Made by a program: the position numbers and the translations under genes
Source of the DNA: Oikopleura dioica
Taxonomy: Eukaryota; Animalia; Chordata
Reading direction: 5' to 3'
Assembly: GCA_907165135.1 (NCBI GenBank)
Contig: OU015566.1
Span: 10,726,001-10,790,000, forward strand
DNA length: 64,000 bases
Part shown: piece by piece, positions 37,501-51,210 of the stretch
Layout of the letters: the number at the start of each line of letters is the position of its first letter
Numbering within the stretch: the first letter of the stretch is position 1
The notes under the pieces: generated by a model
Told to the model about the DNA's origin: nothing
The model's database searches: none
What the model saw: the letters and a program-made list of their open reading frames with translations, nothing else

Positions 37501-39538
37501 TTGATAGACGTGTGGACAAAAATCGCTAAAATAAGCTTTTAGTGAGCAAAATAGACATTGAAAGAAGCAAGATGAAGGTATATCATATATGCATGTATTT
37601 TTCCATATGCACAAATTCATCAGGAATTAGCTCTGTCTGTCAGCGCTCGCGACAGTGTTCAAAGTCGTTCATTCTGCTCCCTGATGAATTAACAACACTG
37701 AAAGAAGATCGAGCAATATTAATCGCATTTTGCATCGCGCAAAATTATTTTCCGCGGATAAAACTCAACTACTACTACCGCAAAAAAGCGAACTGGTCCA
37801 AATCCGGCCACGGTCTTTTCTGAGTATTATTGCAAAATGTGAAATTTCCTGTTGAAGCTCGCGCAAGAATAATATCGTTGCAGGGGCAATGATGATTGTT
37901 TTAAAAATCAGCGTCTTCGCGGAAGCTTCTTGTAAAAAGAGAAAGGGGCTTTAGTTTCTTAGATTCATGCTTTGCAAGTTTTCAAATAATGACTACTTCA
38001 GATCAAGACCAAAAATCAAACCCAGAAAATCAATTATCAAGCAGACCTAGTCGCTTAGTTTTGAATCTACTGTATATAAATACAGTCTTTAGAAAGTTCA
38101 GAAAAGTCTGCTATGGAAATAGGCTGTTGCAAATGGAATGTCTTCGCATTAGTACGAAAATTGGCTTACAGCGCAAACTGGACCCGAATGGAGCTGAAGA
38201 TTTCAGCCTAGAGATTCGCCACCTTTTAAGTGGCGGAAGAGGATTTAGATTAAACTCGCCCATGATGTTACAATAAGAACTCCCCACGTACTTGTACTTG
38301 AGTAGAATTTTCAATCGATTGTATTTGAAAAATTCTTTTAAGATTCCGCTTCCTGACTCATTTGAACGTCGAAAAATATTATAATTTATAATGATTTGCC
38401 TATTTTTAGAGTGATCAGCTCGTGTCATAGCGCTGAAAATGTTATCAACTAAAAAACTAAACCCTTTCGGGTGAAATAATAACGTGAAGTTAAATCCATC
38501 AAGTGAGCGTTGAGCGTCAATTAAAATTGATAAAACAGAAATGATGAACCTCTAATTTGCGATTTCTTCTTACCTAAAAGCGCCAAGCCAAATCCCCAAA
38601 TAAGATAGTTTGAAAAAATTCCGCTCTCTTTGATTTGGCTTCAAAATTGTTCAGTTTTGAATTTTCGATACGGTCATTTTTTCAAGCCACAGTCCTTTCT
38701 CTACAGGGTACTCATAAGAGCTATCATTCATAACACTCACTGGTGGATTTCCATTTTCAACCTGCGTGCCTAACCGTGCCACTCCCCGCGGCGATTCGTG
38801 GCACGCTCTGGCGCCATCTGCATTTGTTGCATTACAGTACATTTAATCATGATTTGGTGCTGATGGACAATTGGAGAATGGAACAATACAAATGGGATAA
38901 ATACAGTGATGCGACAGGGCTATTTGCATTTTAATCCTTTTATTACTTTTTAAATAAGCGCGTGTATGATATACACTCGGTTAATTATCACCTGACAGTC
39001 ATAAATTGAAAATTCGATATTATTTACTCCAGGTCATCGGGCCACGAACTCGTTTTTTTTATAGAAATTGAGGCTTTTAAAAACTTGATTTTTAATTGCT
39101 ATCCATTGAACTGGATAATGAGAAAGCTTACATTTAGACAGCCAAAGCTACCTAGTAGCTTGATCTAAATGACTCAAAGCCGATCTACTAAAAGTGCATT
39201 AAAAGTTCGCCAAGTATAAATCTACCATGATCGAATGATATTGAAATTGCTAAAATTTTACGCACACGTCAGTGCGAACATTTTTTCTGCTCGTGTAATC
39301 GGGATTTTGCCGCTTTTGTCAAAGAGAGGATTTTTTTAATCGAGCACGTTCTCAGGCAACATTTGCGGAAGTCACTTTTCGTTCCGCGAAATACAGTAAT
39401 AATTCGCTTTCTGGAGGATGGAATGATGCTTTTATTGTTTCAAGGTTGAGGGTTTATTTGTTGAAAATAAATATATATGGCGAATGTTTTGGACAAGATT
39501 CTCTCTCTTTCTGTTTTTCTTCTTCTGATCTTTGAACC

Positions 39539-40987
39539 TCAGCAGGACGTGATAGTACCAGAGGTTGTAATTCGACAGGGACTATCAGTCGTTGATGATG
39601 ACTGAGCGATTGTTGTTGTTAATGATGATGATGTCGACGATGATGATGTCGATGAAAATGTATATAGTGTTGTTGTTGATGCATTAACCCATGTTGTTGC
39701 TGTTGTTGTTGTTTGAGTGGCTGTTGTAAGGTAGATGCTTGTTGGAATCTTGCAGGTAAATTTACACGTCAAAATGACATCTTCTCGGAATCCCTTTGCA
39801 CAGTCATCATTGAAAATTTCTAGTTCATATGAAGTCGCAAGGCTAAAAAAATCATGAATTCGACCAGAGGCTGAAATTCTTACTTGACTGTCTTTGTGTA
39901 TCTACAGGCTTCGTCTTCGTGGACAGGATCATGAATCGTGACTTCTTCATCAGAATCGAAAACCTCATTTCGAAGAAAAAGGAGAGAGTTATACATTATG
40001 TCATCAAGAGGATTCGCCGGTTGGTAGTAGGTAAAATTTGCACATTGATTCGCAAGGTCTTCAAAAAGGTTAATTTTAGATTGAAATAAAGACTAACCTG
40101 GGTAATCTGTTAGATTTTCGTTCCCATAATGTTCCAATAATGTTAGATTATAAAAATGATCTTCCCACTGATTTTGAAAATTCAAGCATGTTTTGTCCAC
40201 GTCGTTTTGGCTCATTCTTGTGAGGCCATAAATTTGACCAGTTAAATTCCCCGGGTTATAAAAATCGTCTTGCATAAAGATGTAATAATTCTCTGGGTGA
40301 GCTTTGTTTGGATGAATAATGATCGAAATTAATGCCGAAATGATGAGTCCCATAATAAGGATTGAGTACCAACAGCGCTCGAATTTTGTGAATGTGTCGA
40401 GTGTTTTTACTTGAAAAATTATCAAAAGAAATAAGAAGAATTCTACCTGGAATATATTCGGTAATCAACGGTGGCATTTCAATGAGTGGTTCAATAATTG
40501 GTTCAGGCTCTGGTTCCGGCGCTGGTTCCGGATCAGGTTCTGGTTCAGGCTCTGGCTCAGGCTCTGGTTCAGCAAGAATCTCGGTAACTGGAATATTTCT
40601 TCTGAGATCAACTTCGACCATATTTGCAAGCTCATATCCTCCAATAAACGGATCGGGATATGGTTCCATTGGTTCACACATCTTTTTCGTCCGCACCACC
40701 GGCGCTGGTTTTTCCTTCGGTCGTCTCAGCGGCTTCCAGTCCCCTTGTTTGTAAGACGATTGATATTCTTTTGGCTTTGGCTTAGGTTTGGGTCGATATT
40801 TACGCTAGGAAGGAGTAAGTATCATTCACGTGCGATTAATAATTGAAGTGATATTAAGCGGCGGGAGAAGATGTAAACGAAAGTTAAATAAATGAGCAAA
40901 TTACTTATTTACCATGGCTGGGGTCATCCCCGAGGGGAAAAGGCCCTTCTCAGGGTCAGTTACTGGCTTTATCACTGTATTTCCCAT
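39539..40987 (-). CDS. Orphan type II membrane protein with (PE)n cytoplasmic repeat and Thr/Ser-rich C-terminus
   Basis: ATG 40987; exons with KPKPKP, EPEPEPEP, TM segment WYSILIMGLIISALISIII, Cys-containing ectodomain, T/S run, TGA at 39539. Confidence 0.7.
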
Positions 40988-43900
40988 GTCTATCTATCTC
41001 TCTCTTCTGTTCGATCTTGACTGCAATTTTTAAAGGCAAACTGGCAATATTCAAGTTCTAGAAGATTTCTAGCTACAATTGTCTGGATTATAAAATGACG
41101 CATTTCTACTTATTACAATCATTTTTCGCACTTTCGCTGACGATGAAAGTAATTATACAACCATAAGTTTCCTAGCGCCACGTTTTGACATTTTTGTTGT
41201 TGACAGAAGCTTCATCGGAAGGCCTTATTTTTCGCTAAAGAGCGATTAGTGTCGCCAAATCGGATAAACTTACTAAATTGTGACTTAATCTCCATCGGTC
41301 CGTTGAAAAATCATCTCACAGGCACTTGTGAGAAGGATTTCTTGTACTTGATCACAAATAACAGACTCTGATTCTCTAAGACTTTATTTGGAACGAACTA
41401 TTAGTCAAAAGTCAATGTGTAAAAAAGTAAACGATACAGAAAGGCAAGTTTTGCTCTCCTTTTCAGTCAGCAAAATGGGGTCATTTTTTCATGACCCCGG
41501 ACAAGTGTGAACTTATGTGATTAAAATCGAGCAAAATTAGCATGTTTATTTTCTCAAATCTTGAAAATTAGGGGAAAACACTTATTTATTTATTACCTTT
41601 TCATGCTAAAAGGCCTGTTCACACTTGGAAGGGAACTCGTATCGAAACTTAGGAGTTTGCCTTCTTTTTGTCCGGCGCGCATATTCAATTAATTTTTCAA
41701 GCATCACATAAGGCCTTTGGCGCTCATTTTTAATAATATGCTCTGGCGCAAAATTTGATCTGCCCCTACAGATCACGGACAAACCCTTATTTTATCATAA
41801 GGGGAGCTCTTTTTAGCTCAACTGGGCTTGACTTACTGAGGAGAACGAGTTTCGACAGTGTAGGTAAATAGGTAAAAGTGTTTAAAATCCATGAAGAATA
41901 ATAGCTTTTGCTATTATTTCGTAATAAAATTGCTCATCTCTGCGTCCGTCCTCTTTTCTAATTTTAGAAGATTTTTGACAACGCCGCGTCAGATCTAAAT
42001 TTATTTAGGCGAGAGAAAAAACTAGTTTACTTACCGATAATTAACTTATCGAGGGCTAGCAGTTCCTTATTGTACTGTGAAGAAGGTAGATTGCATCTTC
42101 TTCTTCATAAGGAGCCAAAATCTGGCTCAAGTGAAGTCTTGTTTCCTTCGTGCATCCAATATTGGATTGATGCTGACATTTATTATCGTTGTTGTTGCTG
42201 TTGTCATTTCTGTTGTTCGGCAACACTAGAATAAGCTTTATAGACCCCGATTTAATGACTTAGTTTGACTTACTTTTAGCTAATTAACTTTTCTCTTTCT
42301 CTGGAACTGAAGTCTTCTTGTTGAACGTGGCTTTAAAAGAGCGCCGGAATGATGAAAAGCAAACAACATGCAAGTCAAAAAAGGGAAAATGACAAATTTT
42401 CAAAACATAAAAATGTTACCTACTCCCACGAAACAAAATTCAGTATTTGCTTGTTTTTTAATTGAATCGAGGAACGCGTAAAATTTATACTTTCGCGGCT
42501 TCATCATCCGACCATAAATCGACGTTTCTTTATTTTCGCCTCCAATCCAACAGAAACGTGTTAGCCAAATTCTTTCGCGTAAAAGCACGCGATTAGGTAC
42601 ATACAGAAACGTGAATTATTGTTTCTCACACTTAGGCACTTCGAAGACGCTCGAATCGCGGTTTTCTTGAGTCCAAGTTTTTGCCAGTCTCCGTGGCGTC
42701 CACTGTTAGAAACTTTCACCAAAAATTGAAATTTTCAAAAATAAACGGAAAAGGAAACTGTTCAAAGAAGACGAAAATCGACTCTTTTTTGGTCATTTCT
42801 TTTGTGCGAAAAAAACTTCTAAAACAACAAAAGTTAGAAAGCAGGGTTACACTTAGATTGACAATGTTATCATCCGGAAAAAAAATGAGCTCCTCAACAG
42901 TTCGTCACGTTATCAACCCCTGCCTTACATTTCTAGCCCTCGTGGAGGCCAAATATTTTCGCGCTTCAAAGTGAGAGAAAATTTCTTATCACTCGTTTGC
43001 TGAGGATAATTCGACGCCTCTTTTTGGAATTAACGTTTCAAGACAGCAATTTTGTCTCCATAAAAAACCAGTTGAGTCGACTTTTTCAAGTCAATCGAAA
43101 ATGCACTTTTCAGGATTCTTTGGATACCGTTGTGAAGGCTAAGTGCCATTATCGTTATCATAGGTCAACCAGCTTTCTCGACACCTTTGCTTGGATAACT
43201 CTAATGGCCAACTTAACCCGTGGACAGATCTCCGCCTATACTTTGGTACTTCTTAGGGGCTGGGATAATTTTTTTGATAGAAACAGAAAGAAAATAACCT
43301 AGTTAGCAAGAGCTAATTCAGCAGTTAATAAAAAAAAGTACTCCATCCTCGATGTTTGCTTATTTTCTCTCTTGTTTCGTCGCTTTGGATCTACATCTGC
43401 GGTGAACAGAATGTTTTCTTGGCGAAATTTATTTTTCCACGAAAGTGATTCCTCCTTCCAGCAAGCTCAAGCAACCGGTTCTAGTCCCATTAGCTTACTG
43501 CAGGTGCGCACCTTAAAGTTACTATCAGTTAATTAAACCCAATCGTCTTTTCGTCACTTTCTTGAAAGCTCGGTTCATCTTTTTCACAACAAGAAGTTGC
43601 TCCCCCAAATCTGTCAAATTCGTATGTAATCTTTTTAGCGAAACCGGTTTTTATCTTGTTTTTATTCAAATATTCCATAAAATTAAAAACTCTTCGCTTA
43701 CGATCTTCTTGGCTCACTTTAGTCGTCATCGTAACTAATCCTCTGTCACCTGAACTCTCTGAAAAACATCTGGAGCGTGATTTCAAGTACATATCAAATC
43801 ATCCTTACGTTCTAATGCCCATGCTTTTTTCTATTGCCACTTGAATTATTTATAAATAAGATCTTCTAAAGATAGAGGACCGAAAAGCTGCTGCTTTCTG

Positions 43901-45002
43901 TTAAATTTCTTACCGGGCTTGCGAATTTGTTGAAATCAGTCAACAACACAAGCGGAAAAAGAATTTCCGTAATGAAACTTTGCCTTCCTAATCGTAATTT
44001 TTCGTTAGTCCTTTTATGCGCTGAGCCAGAAAAAGTTGTACGAAAACGTGAACTGTCTGACAGTCAGACAGGCAGATAGTAATCAGTCAGGAAGGAAGTT
44101 CCAATCAAATTGATCGTGGCCACCACCGAATGTATCTGTACATAGAATTTTGTTCATATTAAACTCCGCAACAAGTTAAACTTTCGAAGGATGCCAGACC
44201 GAGTCGGAAATAAAAGACGCGCTGGAATTTCCTCCCTTGAGCTGTCGAAATTAGCAAAAAAAAACTAGAAAGATGCATTTGCATTACTTTAGTAATAGGT
44301 ATCACTATTGAAGAGCACTACGAAAAGAACACCGTGGTGCTAGAAACAAGCAGTTCCGACTTCCGAGAGTATTCTTGACCGTGTACTTTAGAGATTTGAA
44401 GGGGCGCAATTATTTCGTTCAAGCGCGCCTTTTATTTACAAATTCTATGTATCTGTTATGCTCGGTATATTCCTCGCTCGTGTCCCGCTCATAACCTCGT
44501 TTCCGTATCTGCACTTCTAAGGGCTTGCTCTTGCAAAAGAAAAGATCGAGGAGACTTGATTTTTGATTTTTTAGAAAGAATTATGGTCTTTATTATACAG
44601 TTTCAAATAGATTCAGCTTATTTTTCGAAAAGTTTTCTTCATACTGCATCTTCAAAGACAGCTCATGCATGAAATAAGAAACTCGCAAAAAGTCAGGCCT
44701 GATTTTTGCGAGCTCACTCATGAGTTGCCTCTTTATTTTCTTAGCTTTTTGTTCAAAGCATTTTCGTTGATTTCTTCTTTCCGCATTTCGCTGAATCGAT
44801 TTCTACCGTTACTTACTTGGCTTTTTTTGTACAACAAGGGAGATGATACTATTTACAGAGTGTTTTTATATAATTTCAATTTGATATGATTTCGTCGTTG
44901 CTGAAATTTGCTATATCGTAAAATTTTTGAAAAATTAAGGGTCAAAAGTCAAAGTAATTATCGACCCGGTTTCTATGTACAAAAGATAAGAATGAGAATA
45001 AA

Positions 45003-46836
45003 TTAACAAGTTCCAAGTGGTTTGATCTCCTCCGTGGCTTCGCCGGCCGAGCAGCACTCGTGCGTTGAGCTCTTGTACGGAAATCGTTGTGGGTACACGC
45101 CGCAGCACTGTTGAGGAACGTCAGCTCCAGTATCTGGCTCGCTTAGGAAAGTGACTTGGTTTTCGAAGTCGAAAGCGCCAGCGTCATCGTTGAAGACACC
45201 TTGAGGTGAGGGATCCAATCGGGCGGCTTGTGGTCCGGAGCATTTCGCTGGGTCGTAGTTTCTTGACTTTTATTAGACAAGTGTCTCTCTTTGTTTGGTA
45301 TTACCTGTAGTCCTTAGAAGCAAGTGTGCCTTTCATCGCAAGATTTCCAAGCTCGTCCGCAAGTGCCTAAATAGAAGTGTTGCATTACTGGGCAGACACT
45401 AGAAACTGTCCAACCTTGTCGCACATGCAAGTGGCATAAGCGCACGTATCTGGAGAGTTGAGACACTCGATCTTGATGTTGCCGTCGTCGTTTGTTGTGA
45501 TAGTATATCGATAACTATAATTAACCTGTTAAAAGGTTAAAGAACTAAGGAGGGAGTACCCCATTTGCTTCGGATTGCATTCTCGTCGAGCGTCGGAAAA
45601 GTCAGAGTATGCGCACTGGTAGCACATGTTGTGTCGTTTGCAAGCACTTAGAGGGATACCCATCTGTAATTCAACGTAATGATTCCAGCGTAAGTTCCAA
45701 CCGGAGTCCTAGATAGCCCTAAGTTCCTAAGTCTTTATCAAAAGAGCGACAGTTCTCGGCGCCGGAATCATTTCGAGAGCTAATCCGCTTATGCCCCTTA
45801 TCAGAATTAGACTGAGTTAGACAGAGTTATGTAACCCTCTCCTGTCGATAGCGTCTACTGGTTTGCCACGGTTCTTTTTCGGGTCAGAAGGGGCGACGCA
45901 ATAGCAGCCGTAGTCGTGGTAGTGGAAGTACCAGGCCGCTCCGTTTGATTTAGCAGTAACCTAAAGCCAGGTAGGGCGGTTAATTGGAGGTCAAAATACC
46001 TGAGAGTTGATAAGTCGTTTTCTATGGAAGATTTGTCTTGTGTCCAAAGTGCCAGTTCTTCGACCAGAAAGAGTGTTCTGAAGATTGCGACCTTCTAATG
46101 GATAGTCGGAGTAGTCTGGGTAGTAGAACTCATCGGCGATGGCTAAAAAAGCTTTGTAAGCATATTGTATATTCCGAGATAATGCTACGTATTGAATAAA
46201 TAAACCAGCGGGCTGGTAACTTGGTAAGTTGCGTGTTTGGGAAGAGGAAGTGTATTCTAATTTAATTGGATAAGGTCAGTAATTATATTCTGCGGCAGAT
46301 GAATAAGCGCGCTCGACGGCCGCACCTTGCACCAGCCGCGAAAATAACCAACCGGCGGAGAACAAACGTCTCCAAGACGCGAAAAGCTCGAGGTTGGAAT
46401 AATCTAATGCAGGTTGGAAAAAATGAAAATGATGAATTTCTTCTTTGCAAATCACATTTTTATGGGTCAAATTTTCAGATCAGATTTACATGTGCATATT
46501 TATTTTCATAAGTTTGTATGAGCGATGAACGATATAATATTCGATCCGTGGCTAAATTATCAGCGCAAGGTCTAATGCGATGATAACGAGTTACCGTATG
46601 CGTGAACTCAAACGAGGATCGGGGCTCATGATTATAATGAAAAATACAGTTATTATCGCTGCACGAAACTGAAATTCTTGCGATTGTTATATGATGGTTA
46701 AAAGAAAGCCAGAAAGCCTTGAAAGTATTTTTTGGCTTTCCACGCGAAAAAACCCTTTATGACTATTTTTAAATACAAAACTAAACCAAACTTTACCTTT
46801 TTGAAGAAAAGCGATCGACAGGGCTGTGAATTTCAT
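45003..46836 (-). CDS. Secreted phospholipase A2-like protein (group I/II fold) with altered catalytic motif
   Basis: Signal MKFTALSIAFLQKAIA; DYGCYC, GKPVDAIDSACKRHNMCYQC, CAYATCMCDKALA; C-terminal CCGVYPQRFPY..ECC; GA-AG intron 45647-45841. Confidence 0.88.
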
Positions 46837-47230
46837 CGTTGGACTTTTTGACTTAGCTTCTTCTCTAGTACTTCGACGATAATGTACTGAATGACTTGCT
46901 CGATGACGATCGCGAACGCTCATTCCGCGCGCGTGCGCCTTGCTCCTTGCGGCTTACTGGCGCCACCGCGCGCAGCGGCGAAGCGCCATCTCGTATCATT
47001 CAGATTTGAGGATTCGGAAGTGTTATGAAATCTTTGAAAGGCGTAAAAAATGGAGTCAAACAAGAGTAATGGACGAACAAAATGCTCAAAAAATCATTTA
47101 ATCTCATCTTGAAGATCAGCGGAGAACTTGTTGTTCTCTCCAGAATCTCTAGAAGGAATGCTGTTATTGGGAATTTTGGCATTTTTCTTGCACTCATTCT
47201 TAGTTAGAGAGAACAACAAGGATCGTCAAC

Positions 47231-48260
47231 ATGGGCCAACTCTTTTCGCAATGCAAAAAGTCTGACCCCAGTTTGGGTAAGTAATTGATTAGTACCCCTG
47301 ACAGACGACTAACTGTATTTCAGATGAAACTATCGAAGAAAACAAAGGTGAAGAAAACCGAGTTCTTTTCTCTGAACAATTCGTCTCCTCTAAAAAGAAA
47401 GACAAAATTATGCGTCGAGGTATTAGCCTCTCATAGCTTTACTGAAGTCATTTTACTTTTTAGAAAGACATCAAATTTTAAGAATTTCTGCTCACGTATC
47501 GAAGCACCTGAAATTTCAGCTTATCAATTTTCGATAAAGGCGGAAGACCTATTTTTGATGAAAAGGACATTCCGGATTAATTTTGCTTTAGGTTGCACAA
47601 AGAAAAAAGTAAAATTAAAAGAAATTTTCAGCGACTGGAGCTGGCGGACTTTTGGGAAAGACCCCACAGGTTGAAGATACAACTGATGAACTACCACTTG
47701 AAGAGAACCTTGCTGAAGGTAAGCTCCTTTTTTGATACAGTTACTATTTGAACTTTCAGCCGAGAAAAACGCGAATGAAAATATCAATCCTCAAGAAGAA
47801 CCACGAGCTCTCTCGCCAACTCCCGCTGGTGGCAAGGTCTCTGCTGAAGAAATCGCCGCTTCAGAGGAACAACAGGTCGAAGCTGCTACTGAAGAACAAC
47901 AGGCTGAAGCCGCTACTGAAGAGCAGCAGACTGAAGCTGCTTCCTCTGAGGAAACTCAAGGTAGCGAGATCCGGACTTGTTTCTGTCTCAAAAACAATTA
48001 TTCTAGAAGCTGCTGAAGAAGCCGCCGTTGAGGAAGCAACTGAACAAGCGGCCGAGGAGGAAACCGCTGCTGAAGCTGTCGCTGAAGAAGCCGCTCCCGC
48101 CGAGGAAGCTGCCACCGAAGAGACTGCTCAGGAAGCTGAAACCGACGCCCCAGCTGAGGTCACCGAAGCCGCCGCTGAGGAAGCTGCTGAAGAGGCCGCC
48201 GTTGAAGAAACCGCTGCCGAAGCTGAAACCGCTGTCGAGCCAGCTGAGTCCCAGGATTAA
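47231..48260 (+). CDS. Acidic Ala/Glu-rich disordered protein with N-myristoylation motif
   Basis: MGQLFSQCKK start; several short exons; EAATEEQQ and AAEE repeats; stop TAA 48258-48260. Confidence 0.7.
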
Positions 48261-48873
48261 AAAAACTACAACCTGTCCTGCTTTCGCTAATGTATTCAAT
48301 AATTTATTGACAATAAATCTAACTCAACCAAACAAAGGCACACAATTTTAATTTTGCTTTCACTCGAGGTGGGAACAAGATTGCATTATGTCTTGTCGAA
48401 ACTTTTTATATTTTTTTATTGGCAAAGTATCATTATAAAGCAAAATTTTCATTTTTATTCTCTTCCATGTTATCGCTGTAAGATAACATCTACCATGACA
48501 GGTACCATGGAAATCATTATGAGCAGGGGATAGTATTAGCTTCAATTTATCTACGCTTTGCCGAAAGGATAGATATATTTTTTTGTTTCTGTCAAAGTTG
48601 AGCTTTTATTGGCAAAATTGGCACTTAGAGAACAAAAAGCAAAGAGTGAAATAATATGAATTGGTAAATACAGATATTGATGAAGAAATGCTTTGGAATC
48701 AAAATAAAATAGAACTTATTTGTCACGGCAAAAATATAAATCAAAGCAAAAGAAATAAAACTTTAGGTAACTTGTTCTCTAAAAAATGGATAAATACTTG
48801 AACTACACGCTTTTGGGTAAAGATTGTTTAAATGCAAGTGAGTTATTATTTGCGGAATATTTTTTGTCTCTTT

Positions 48874-50847
48874 TCATAAATCATTTGAATAGCCATCAGG
48901 GAGAAAGATATTCGGCGAGTTATTCTCTTCCTGGGCGAGTTCAGCTCGGAAGTATTCGATCGTTTTCGTCAAGCCTTAAAAAACCATAAGATTTAAAACC
49001 ACTGGAATAAACGGATATAAATTTTGTGTAGTCAGAGTTAACGTTCAAACGTCTCAAGGAAGAAACACACATGTTCCGCATCGCAATGAATTTCATTGAT
49101 TAGAAAGCATGTTCAAAAAACTGAGAGCGTTCTCCTCAAGAGGGAAGTGCGTCAAACAGAACAAGGAGTTATCAAACCAATAGAAAAAAATCATAACAGA
49201 TGTTAGCCTAGGGCCTAGGCTACCACCAAGAAATTCATGATCACTGATCAAAACTAGAAAATACCTCATTAAATTAACCTCCAATTATGATTTAGTCAAC
49301 CACTGATTGACAATCAGACAAATTTGTAATTTTTATTCACGCAGATTATTTCACACGCACGAAACATGGGGCGTTTTCCTTCAAATTTCTCGTGACATAA
49401 TTAACAATTACTGACATGTTCATCTCCTACCTTCTTTGAGTGGCATCTTAGGCCGCCAGCCAAAGCCCTTGAAGGCCTTCTCGATGTCTGGTTTTCTCCT
49501 TTGTGGATCATCCTCTGTCGCTGGATGGTGGACAATCTTGGAGCTCGTTGGACCGACCATGTCTTTAATGATAGTTGCGAATTCTTCGATCGTATGCTCG
49601 TCCGGATTGCCAACATTGACAGGTGACGTGATATCTGCACGGGAAGTACTGATTAATCACTGTAAGACGTGGTGGAACATACCTGAGTTCATAAGACCGA
49701 TGAGCCCGTCAACTAGGTCATCGACGTATTGAAAGCTTCGCGTCTGTTTCCCGTCCCCGTAAATTGTAATGTCTAGATTTTGAAGCGCTTGAAGAATGAA
49801 ATTGGAAACTACTCGACCATCTTCCATGTGCATCCGTGGTCTAAATGATTGCAAAGCAAAATCGATCAATACAGTCGAGCTACCCGTAAGTATTGAAAAT
49901 TCTAGCAACTCTGACGTCCACGCCCTCTTGTTTTTTATATGCATAGCACATCGTTTCAGCCACTCGTTTTCCCTCGTCGTAGCATGCTCTGGGCCCGATC
50001 GGATTAACATGGCCCCAGTAGTTTTCGTTCTGCGGGTGCTCTTCCGGGTCGCCATAAATCTCAGAAGTCGACGCTATTAATTTAGATTATTAGTTTCGTC
50101 AGTGCTATTAAACGTTGGTAATTGCCGAATATGCACCTAACAATAGCCGCCCGTCAACTCGTTTCGCCAGGCCAAGCATATTTAGCGTCCCAATCGAGCT
50201 CGTTTTGATCGTCTTTATCGGATTGAACATATAGTGAGGAGGTGAAGCGGGACAGGCTACAAAAGACAGTCTTTTTAAGAAAGGAAGCCACCATTACCGA
50301 GGTGATAAATCTGGTCTACTTCGATGTAAAGCGGCTCCACGACATCGTGGTGGATCAGCTCGAAATTTTCATGCGTCAGCCAATGCTCAACGTTTCTTTT
50401 TCGTCCCGTAAAGAAATTATCCACAACGATGACTTCATGTCCCTGGATCATCAGTTTGTCAACGAGATGGGATCCTACAAAGCCAGCGCCTCCAGTAACG
50501 AGGATTCGTTTGCGCTTTCCCTCTGGAAGGAACTAAAACCGGCCGTCAAGAAAGCAGAAGAAATGGGTCAGAGGTACCTTGACAGCTGGGTGCTGAATTT
50601 TCGCCTTTTTCTCAAGCGCCTGGAGCCGTTTCTTGAGCTCGGAAACCTCATCCCTTCCAGTCATAAGAATGCCATCGACCTATAAAACACCCATATGATT
50701 GTTTCTCTCCTTGGATTCTTTACCAATAATTACATTTTTTGTGTTTTCTCGTGCTATCGAGGCGATTTCTCTACAAGTGACCATGGCGATCAGAGCCAGG
50801 CCTCCGAAGAGGATCAGATTTCGCAAGGACCAGTAGTAGTTTCTCAT
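48874..50847 (-). CDS. UXS1: UDP-glucuronate decarboxylase (UDP-xylose synthase)
   Basis: N-terminal TM; [94 protein letters not shown]; last exon [10 protein letters not shown]. Confidence 0.96.
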
Positions 50848-51210
50848 CTCAGCTTAGTGATCAAGATATAGGGATGATCAGAAGCAGCATGGACTACTAA
50901 ACCGGGTCTCTCTGAATCAATGCTTTAACGATAGGACCCGCATTTAACGCCGCGGGCAAGATCGATTCATTATTTCTAAGCGTAAAATTAAGCTTATAGT
51001 AAATCGCTTACAACATTTGCGTAGTTTCTCGCGTTCAAATTTAACCTGCAGAATCAACGAAACAAATTAACTACACTTGAAGCTGAAATCACGCAGCGCA
51101 AGAGCATAACAGATGGTTTTTTGAATAAGATTTTATTCTTAGAAAAATAAGAAAATCGAAAAAAGTAGAAAAATAAAAAGATCGAAATTAATTGTACAGA
51201 AAATGGTTGC

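Noticed and set aside
40392-40754. Plus-strand GSGSGS-repeat ORF
   Set aside because: Antisense shadow of the PE repeat in the minus-strand gene.
47861-48351. Alternative-frame and antisense ORFs over the acidic gene
   Set aside because: Shadows of low-complexity GAA/GCT codons.
50242-50685. 147-aa plus-strand ORF
   Set aside because: Antisense to conserved UXS1 exons.
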